A DNA stretch of 58,402 bases, the filler included, from Sphacelaria rigidula (taxonomy: Eukaryota), in the NCBI GenBank assembly GCA_964200075.2. It is 10 parts of 10 records of this genome, joined end to end, with 100 filler letters (N's around TTAATTAATTAA, not from the genome) between each part and the next. Parts side by side here need not be neighbours in the genome. Positions count along the whole stretch, not along the records: positions 46,803 to 52,552 come from CAXNAA020024756.1; positions 52,653 to 58,402 come from CAXNAA020024757.1; 8 more parts are not named here. One strand, written 5' to 3'. A program made the translations under genes and the position numbers. Each line of letters starts with the position of its first letter. Within the stretch, counting starts at the first letter, position 1. Shown here in pieces: positions 49,833-58,402 of the stretch. The notes beneath the pieces were generated by a model that did no database searches, was not told the DNA's origin, and saw only the letters and a program-made list of their open reading frames with translations.

Positions 49833-51770
49833 CTACTTGAGGTCTCCCGAGGAACGACGCCTTCCGCTGCTGCTACTACTCGAAGAACATTTCCTTCCGT
49901 AGGAACCAGATGAAGACAAATGCTCGACCAACCAGTCCACGCCCTCTTCCACGCCTACCCCTGCCAGCGCGTTGCTGCCCCTGAGATTTAAGTAAACAGT
50001 ATTGGCGGACAACGTACTTCATGTACAGTGTATTCTACGATAAACGTGCGAAAAACATGCCACATGGAAAAAATTGCTATAGCGTATGCCTGACGTTGGT
50101 TTTGGATCGTCATCATCCATGAGCTGTAGGAGATCGGATTGGATTGTCACCAATGAAGGTTCTCCAATCCGTGAAACAATGGGCAACACCTCTGGGTAGG
50201 GTGAGCCAGGTTTGTTTCGGCAAAGACTAGCTGCTAAGCTGGATAAACGATTCCTGCAGGTTGCCTGGAGATCTTGCTACTCCTGTAGCATTAGATACGA
50301 AATAATTGAAGTCACTGCGTTCACCTCTCAACTCATGTACTTCCCCCCAGATACACATACGACATTCCGAATACCGACCTACAGCCTTCGCGTATCAGGG
50401 CCCTATCTCTGGTTTCCAGGGCCCTATCTCTGGTTTCCGTCCTCCGAAAGCATAGGAAAGAGAGATGGCAAAACTAAATTGAATCCGATGAATCTCACGG
50501 GTTGCGCGAGTGATGAAAGCCATGATCCACTACTCGGTGTTGAAGGGAAAAATAAGTACGTGATGAAAGAGGGATGAGTTGATTCCTCGAAAATACAGAC
50601 TAGTCCCGAGGAGGGAAAGGGGCAGGGGGGATGTGACGATTACATTACAAAACAAATGTGGGTTGCGCAGATTCAGATTGCCAGAGGGGTTAGAACGCGC
50701 TCACCGCGGCCGCCTTTGTACCTGCCAATGCACGCGAAAAACAGGTGCCCTCTTAGACGGATTCGCAGTACAAGGGTGCATTCGGATAGGGGTCGAGATA
50801 GCGTGGGGTTATTCTGTCTGCATATGGCTCTCGGTCTCGACCATTCTGCTTTTCCGTATGTTTACCTAGGCTGCATGTTTCTTGTGGCCACGCTTGATAT
50901 CGCAACGGGTTCGTGTATGCGAGACATACGATCAAACATTCGATTAAACCCCAACAACAACAACAACAGCCAGCGGTTGTGGTTACCCAACGAGGCTGTG
51001 GTCCTTGAATTTCCCTCGAAAATCATTGATCTAAAGCTATGTCGTACGCAACCCGGCTTCACACCCCTACACACGGCTCAGGGATAGTGCTTCGTAAAAC
51101 GATCAACACGCCCTTCAAATCGCTCGACCACACGCGGTCAGCGGAGATCTGCAAAGCGGTAAAACAACGACGCTGGAGCTCCCGACGTAAAGAGGCGGGG
51201 GACTAGGGTGTGTGTTAGTATGATCTTGAGTCACTTCTGCTGCTCTTGTCAAAGTGTAGCCGTGAATCCTAAAGGACTAAGTCACACTGAAGTCGTGAGA
51301 CAGCTCTGCATTCTTTTTTCTGCGTCATTGATTCATCTTGTGCGCGTCTATGATGTGGCCACGGCCGGCTTCCTAGCGGACCCTAGCGACCCGGTCGATT
51401 TGCGACAAACGACTGATCAATGGATGCACGGACCGCTCGATCTACAACGCGGATGGGTTGATCAATTGATCGACTGGTTGACTCATTGTCGTACTTCAAC
51501 TGACCCTCCAGGGATCCAGCCGTAGTCATTATCCATATGATAGACGTACCCAAGACAAGACAAAACTGAAACACTCGCTGAAGAAAAACGAAGAAAACAG
51601 AAAAGGTGAAAAAAAAAACAGAGTGCAGGTGGATAGACTCACTCAATATGCCACGGTATGCCGTCCAGGCTGTGCAGCCCAAGCTCCTCCGCGCACTCTT
51701 GTGGAGACAGCGACCCGGGAAGATCCGTCTTGTTTGCGTACACGAGGATGGGCATTCCGCGAGATCGGAC
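49833..51770 (-). CDS. ARL6: Arf-like small GTPase, ARL6/BBS3-like, last two exons
   Basis: Exons 51770-51643 and 49980-49833 (TAG) splice in phase to VRSRGMPILVYANKTDLPGSLSPQECAEELGLHSLDGIPWHIEGSNALAGVGVEEGVDWLVEHL... The G4 NKxD motif and PWHI-SNA segment are typical of ARL6. Confidence 0.8.
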
Positions 51771-52785
51771 CTGTTGTGATTGCCGGCAGTACCGCGGGTA
51801 GGGACAAAAGTGGTTTATTGGCATGAGTGCATGGCTGGTGGAAGAAAGTCGCCCATGAAGACTCGCGTGTAGCTGAAAGAAATCAAACCTTGAGAAGTCA
51901 TTCTTACAGACCATTCAAGAGTCAGATTTCCCCAGTGTAATGCCCACACGAGACTCGCGGGTTGCTGTCCCGCGATCCCTTTTTTGTGGCTTCACGACCC
52001 TATTTTGTGCCCATCGAAGAAGTGTATGATACAATCAGTCAAATTCATGATTGTCATATCTACACAAGTAGACAGGAGCACCAGCACGACCCCGAGAACG
52101 AACGAGAGAGTATGGAGTATGACTCTTCTCCGCAAAACAGAAACTAAAAGACCAGACGAAACGAAGTGAAATGTATACTGTGACATGCTTCGATATCGTT
52201 GTGTCGAAGATTATCTACACAATAATCACATACATTACCATTATCATCGGAAACTCAGTAAGTGTGGACAATGACGAAATAGAGCAGGAGCTTCTTCACT
52301 TGGTGCATGCATGCCTGGACATGTCAATTGAAATCGGTACCATCATGCGTTTTGCACGAGATTCTGTCACTAGCCTTTCGCTATACCCCGCGATAAATCA
52401 GGCGGCATAGTAACTATACCGCGGGATTGTTTTTTGTGTTTATGTACATATCAATACGCATGTACTGTACATTAGAGTCATGCCACGATAAGGGGGGGGG
52501 GGCGTACTCATTTGTTGCTGGCCTTAGTCGTTTGACCATTGACCACGCATCCNNNNNNNNNNNNNNNNNNNNNNNNNNNNNNNNNNNNNNNNNNNNTTAA
52601 TTAATTAANNNNNNNNNNNNNNNNNNNNNNNNNNNNNNNNNNNNNNNNNNNNATCGTCCCTACTTGCACTGGGTCTGTATACATGTGTAACATCAGTCTC
52701 TGATATGTCACTGCAAAGAGATATCTCCCATATTAACCCGAATCGAACCTGCTCCGTCCGACCCTAGCATACTTCCAAAGCTCAC

Positions 52786-55700
52786 CGCAAGTTTGGCGAG
52801 GTCGACGGTGGACTCGTTAATGACAGGTCTCGCACGCAAGATTCCTCGTCCTTCGGGGTCGGCAAGCATAGTCCTGGCAAAAACCCGCAACGAAATTATT
52901 TCGGACGAGGGGAAGCGCAACAGCGGTAACGACGACAACAAGACAGACGTCGGCGTCAACGGCGACAGCAACGACGACACACAAGGGCGACAAAAGGCAA
53001 CGACGACAGCAACATCATAGGCTGCTTAGATACGTTGCGCGCGGTAGTGGCAGATATATGGAAAACAACCGATAGTTACATTACTTTGATTGATTGATTG
53101 ATTGATTGTCGCACTTTAACTGACCCCCCAGGGATACAGCCGTGGTCACATAATGCACGTACCCAAGACAAAGCCAAACTGAAATACTCGCTGAAGAAAA
53201 AGAAGGAACAGAAAAAAAAAAGTCGAACAGAAAGACAGTATTATAGTAGACTACGAGACGTCGAAACAAAAGGTCAAGAAAATCAAAAGCACATAAATAA
53301 ATGATCGGTCTAGAAAAAAAAGAAGAAAAAAAGAAGAAGGAAAGAGCCCAAGGGATTCAAGGGCAGCACAGTAGATACAGACAGACACCAGTGGGCACCG
53401 ATAATTGTGACATTTATCGTGGTTCGCCTCCTCCCCTTCAGACAAGATCCTTCTTGGTTTCGGAATTTTCCCATTAAAACGATGCCGTTTCGTGACGGAT
53501 CTTTTCAGAAAAGCTTCATTACCTTTCCCACGTCAATTCCATCAACCGCCAAAAGTGTTTCTTACTTAGAGAGAGCGCTAAATCTCTACGAAAATCACAA
53601 ACGTAACGCGGAATATACATCATCAGAGCATAACTCAAGTACAGTAAAGTCGGCATGTATGATATTTGCCGTCAAAATAATTGTTGTTGGAGCGACGCGA
53701 TAGCCCATTTGCGTATCCATGGCTGCCCACTAGTATAATACATTAAAACTGAAGACAAAACTGTACCCCAAAGAATAAAAGATAAGAAAACATCCGACTT
53801 TTCTCTTTTTCCGTGAAGGAAGGAGGAAAATAATCTGACCCAGATGCTCAACCCGCAAGCGGGTTCATGTTCGTGTGCCGCTTACCCGGAGGCTCGGCTA
53901 GACCCCATCGCGGCAGTCACGTGGGGTGGACGCCCGGAGCGTTCGCAAGCTTTGCTCAAAAGAGTGATGCTATGGTAGGGCTGCACTTTTTGAGCGAAAA
54001 TGTTTCTCGGGGTGTTGCAAGCATCATTTTGAGAATCGGCATCATTTTCACCTGAAAAAGACTGAAAATGATGCCGATTCACCAAAAGGCCCCTGTGTGC
54101 ATCTCCATGTCCTGTCCCCGGAGATTTGGGTAGCACAGTAAGCCCCATATATTTGGGCTCCTACAAAAACGAGACCCAGAAACAAAAGGTGCAACCCCTA
54201 TCGTAGCATTGATCAAAAGGCAGTTTGGGGGTCCGACCCACCAAACCCCCCGGTCAACTTGGCGCAGTGTACGCGTCGCCCTACTCCCAACCCTTTCGGA
54301 ACTCGCGAAAAACAGTACAAACTCCCATATGCAAGCATTCGTCACCGGAAAAACGTCACTTGGAGTTCGGTGCACAAATCTGTCACATTAGTATACTCGA
54401 ACTTAGAGTAGTGCACCGTTGTGGAGGGCTGCATGATCATCAACAGTTGAGGAAAAACAACCATATCTTTCCCAACAAAACTTCTTCGATTGTAGTAAAT
54501 CGTCATTTTCCTACCAACGGTTCCAAGGGGGTGAAGAGCTCCGGCCCCACGCCTGACTTGTGCAGAAAATCCAAGCTGAATCTATTCGTTTATGTTTGTC
54601 TTGGCCGGTGATACAAATCTTTCAAGTCTCGTCCGGTGTACATGTTTTCCGGCTCACGTAGGACAAAAGCCACCATGTACTACCGTGAAAATGCGGGGGT
54701 AATATCATCTCCCTTTATTATATATCCTTTGTCAAAGTTGATATCTTGTTTAAAACGAAGGTGCTTCATGACGCCTACAGTTGCGTACCGTTGACAAAAA
54801 AAAAAAAAAAAACGTCCAAATTTCTCGTTGGAACTGCGCCTTCCGCAATGCTGTAGGCTGTTAATTTGCACACCCTGGACAAAAGAGTATACGGTAAAAA
54901 ACTGTACTGCATACAGTATGGAATCTATTGTCTATTGCAATAGGCGCAATAGTCGATACTGTACGCAGTACACTTTTTGATTGTGTATTCCACTGTCCAG
55001 GGTATGTGCGAAAAAATCGAGCGTGAAGAACGACATCAGAGGGTAATGCGAAACCTGCCCCCCGGTTTTTCATCAGCGGGTGTTGATTTGTCACCAGCTC
55101 ATGATGTTGTGCATCAAAAACGCCATGGGCGCAGGGGTCAGGGGAAGTGAGAGGTGCCGTCACCTCGCAGTGCGACGCTCCTTGGAAATATGGTTGCTCG
55201 TACAATAATCACACAGCCAACCGACTATCAAAACCCCTCCGCTGCTGCTAACCTCCAACTGATTTCCTCGCCGAATATACCCCACATAAAAGAACAACGA
55301 CCTGTCTGCAGCGTCGTGTAACTCAGAGATGTGCTCGTACAGACCCTGCCAGCGGAGGCGTATCATGCTCGCAACCTCAACGTATTTAAGTCAAGCATGC
55401 GGCAGAGCTCGCCACCCGAGGCATAACATGAGAGCATCCCGGTGTCTCCTCGTCATAATGCGTGCATCTCCAGATTCTTCGGCTTGTGTTGTGTGTCGCC
55501 ATCATAGATGAGCTCAGGTCATTTCTGCGGCATTTTCAATATTTTACTCAGTCACAGACGGACATCCTCTGTCCCCATGACACCCGTCACGAGCATCGGG
55601 TAGGCGGCCAGGGATGCGATGCTAGTCCTCATGGTACGATCATGACCCTGTCATTGAACCCTCCCTCGAGATTTTGCGAGGCTCAGATCCACAACTGTCT

Positions 55701-58141
55701 GCTCAACCACTGGAGACGGCGTGAGCCTCACCACTTGTATTTCGTCAGCAGGGATCTGGGTTATTTCGCAGATGCCCACGTCGGTGGCAAGCGCAATACA
55801 CCGGTTTGATGTATTGTCTGCCACCCGGGTGATGGACGCATTCGGATCGCAAGCAATGGAGCTCTTGTGCATCCATCCATGTCTAACTCATGCAATCATC
55901 ATGACGCAATCCTTCACGTCTCCAGAAGGTGTGGTAACTCTCAAACCAGTCGGTATTTTTTTCAATTTGTTTTTCAACAACGTGCATTTTCCCACGAAGT
56001 GTGAACCCCCCGCTTGTCTAGCCGAGAAAACTCGTCAGAAACACCAAATAATATCTCTCAGCGAGACAAGAGATTCGGATAGGAATGAGATTCGTTCCAA
56101 GAGGCGACTTACAACAGACACAAAAAAGGCGTTTTCATCGTTGTTAAAACCATGCCCATTTTCTGTTTCATTTCGCTTCAAGGGTCTCGGATAAAAGGTA
56201 ACCCGACAGGAACAGAACAAAAATTGCGGATAGATATCCGATTCCGTGCATACCGCACAACCCTTCAACGCTCCATATGAACGAGAACGCTAAGAAACAA
56301 ATAAAAATATTGCCTCCGCGTTAAACGTGGCCCCATAGAGCGGGATGGTCCCGTGGATGGATAGACACAAGCTCGGGTACTGGAGGTTTTTCAGGATCTT
56401 GAAATTGTTCCGAAACTACTCCAACGCAGCGCATGGACAACGGCGATGACGTAATGGTCATAATAGAGACACGCAAACTCAGAGAACTAAAGCGTGCTTC
56501 CTGTTCGTGCGCGTTATTATCCATCTCCCTGTAGTTTCATACGTATCACGAGCTGCACGTGCGGGCCAGGGGTAAACGACACTTGCTCTGCGGTTTTCTC
56601 CGCGACCCAGTAGAGAGCACCCCTTTGGTTCAACCACTGGGTTGCGGACCGATCTGGTTTGGATTTCCAGGGGAAGGGGTCGCGGGGCACCATCAATCCA
56701 CCGCTCGCTGTAGGCCTCTGCCAACGAAGACAACCCGTCAACATCATCTCAGAAAAATGTCTGGCACTCGATGGTTGAAATTCCCTGGATCGGCGAGTTG
56801 ACCCAAGGCCTTCAAATACGTGCGAGTGAATCATTGCTAAGAGGATAAGGCATGTAAAAGGTCTGTGTCATGTATTGGAAGAAAGGCAATGGGCGCCCAA
56901 ATGTTAGAGGTGTCTCTAGGAGTAAGAACGCTGTTTCGTCTCGAAAGGTAGGCGTGGTGAACGGTTAAATGGCTAGGGCAAGCACCAGATGAGTGCCCCC
57001 CCCCCCCCCCCGCCTTTTTTAGCCTGGTCCGGCGAGAACCTGGCGTGCTCCGTCCCGGCTTTGGAGGTATGGACCCACTATGAGGTTGGCGTCGGTTGGC
57101 GATGACGCTGTACAATAAGCCACTCACTGCATAAGCTAGGCAACCAGGTTACCGAGTTTTTCCGCGCGTTTGCGTTTTTTTTGCGGTAACCATGATGACG
57201 GTCGAGCTAGCATCATATTGTGCGGGGTGAGAGAACCTCTACTCCGCGCAAAAGGGATGATCATACCACGTACTGTTTAGATGGTGGGACACCCATAAGG
57301 CATTGTGTAAGCCGCGGCTGTCTCTGGAAATGGATTTGCCAGAAAATGAAGCAACTCATAGAGGCTGTCATCCCTATGCAAACTAATCAGTAGGCTTCGG
57401 GTCGAACAATCTTCGGAGAACGCCGCTCACCCTTCATGCGACTCGCCGAACATATCACTGCGCTTGGCGCTTGGTGATTGATTGCGAGCCTGATCCGGCG
57501 AAAACCTGGCGCGCTCCGTCCCGGCTTTGTAGGGATGCGAGATCAATGGTCATATGACTACCACATGCAAGATCACGAGTACACCCTCCTCCCCCTCTCC
57601 GCCTCCCGACCCTAAATGCCGACGCATGACCCGGGGTCGTATGCACCGTCACCTACCGCACTTTTCATCCGGCTCATTGTGGTGCACATGCACTTTGCAT
57701 ACCTGTACATGCGTTCTAGGGCGACGCCGCCGGTGACCTCTCCCAGCGCGGCGACCATGTCTGCGCGCTCAGGGTTGCGCAAAGCCGAGAACGCAGCCCA
57801 TCCGGCCAACGCAGCACGCTGCCAGGGGGTAGTAGGCGAGTGTCCGCCGTACAGCACTCTCTTGGCAGCTGCCCCTGAAGCCGTATAGGCGGTACTACTG
57901 TGGTTATTGTTGTTGTCTGCGTTGTTGTAGCCCCTGCTGCTTTCGATGCTTTGGTCTGACATGGGTCTTTGCTGTCGTCGTTGCTGCTGCAATCGTCGTT
58001 GTTGCTGCTGCTGCCGCCGCTGCTGTGTTTGCCATGGGGGCAAAGTCGAGAGGGTACGGCAAGCTTGACGCTGCTGCTGTAAGGACACTCCCGATGGGGT
58101 ACTTATTCTCCGTTTGCCGAGCTGACGCAGGAGTAGACCAA
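52786..58141 (-). CDS. COQ4: Ubiquinone biosynthesis protein COQ4, partial (two exons)
   Basis: Exons ~58141-57703 (5' border inferred from a cag acceptor after a C-tract) and 52873-52786 join in phase across a 4.8-kb intron: LYGGHSPTTPWQRAALAGWAAFSALRNPERADMVAALGEVTGGVALERMYRTMLADPEGRGILRARPVINESTVDLAKLA. Confidence 0.92.
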
Positions 58142-58402
58142 CTGATGCCGTATCGTGGATATAAATGGGGGACGGGGGGGGGGGGCGGGGGGCGAGGGAT
58201 TGACAAATGCATTAAGAACATCGTACAATTTCAACCTACGGCTCGCAATAATACAATCAGGGATCAACAGCGCTCCGGTGTTGGGGGCGACCAGCAGAAA
58301 TTGAATCTACTCCGGTAACGTGGAACTTTACTACAGGACCGGCCCGCTAGTAAGAAACGTGTCAGTAAGAAAATCAGCCTCAAATTTTAGACAAACTTAA
58401 GA

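Noticed and set aside
6136..51770. Apparent cluster of ciliary genes (CFAP47, DYNC2H1, ARL6)
   Set aside because: They sit on separate, unlinked contigs. Their co-occurrence only shows that the organism has a flagellated stage.
5752..52652. Regular ~5.85-kb periodicity with a palindromic TTAATTAATTAA
   Set aside because: Synthetic linker between length-sorted contigs; not biological.
55100..55950. Coding-like composition inside the COQ4 intron
   Set aside because: All frames are interrupted by stops and no family motif was recognised; probably a decayed TE but not callable.

Overview
This window is not one locus. It is ten unlinked contigs of 5750-5751 bp, joined by an identical artificial 100-bp linker (44 N + TTAATTAATTAA + 44 N), so nothing can be inferred from adjacency across linkers. 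The DNA is eukaryotic and intron- and repeat-rich. Gene style, C-rich splice acceptors, TTAGGG tracts and flagellar genes suggest a stramenopile, most likely a brown alga (inference). Partial spliced genes read from the sequence: an SLC35A-type nucleotide-sugar transporter (contig 1), CFAP47-like (contig 2), a Tudor-like domain gene (contig 4), DYNC2H1 (contig 8), ARL6/BBS3-like (contig 9) and COQ4 (contig 10). The rest is mobile DNA: a decayed RTE-like LINE, tRNA-derived SINEs and several MITE families (hAT-, CACTA/CMC-, Tc1/mariner- and piggyBac-like). Best leads: (1) a decayed XPG/PIN-nuclease plus Cys-cluster ORF with Academ-transposon architecture; (2) a high-copy LINE with no poly(A) tail that appears to insert at C-runs, supported by two clean target-site duplications; (3) a SINE and a (CAAT)n-tailed retroposon that share 3'-end motifs. 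All family assignments come from motif recognition by eye; no searches were run. Most entries in the ORF track are spurious.
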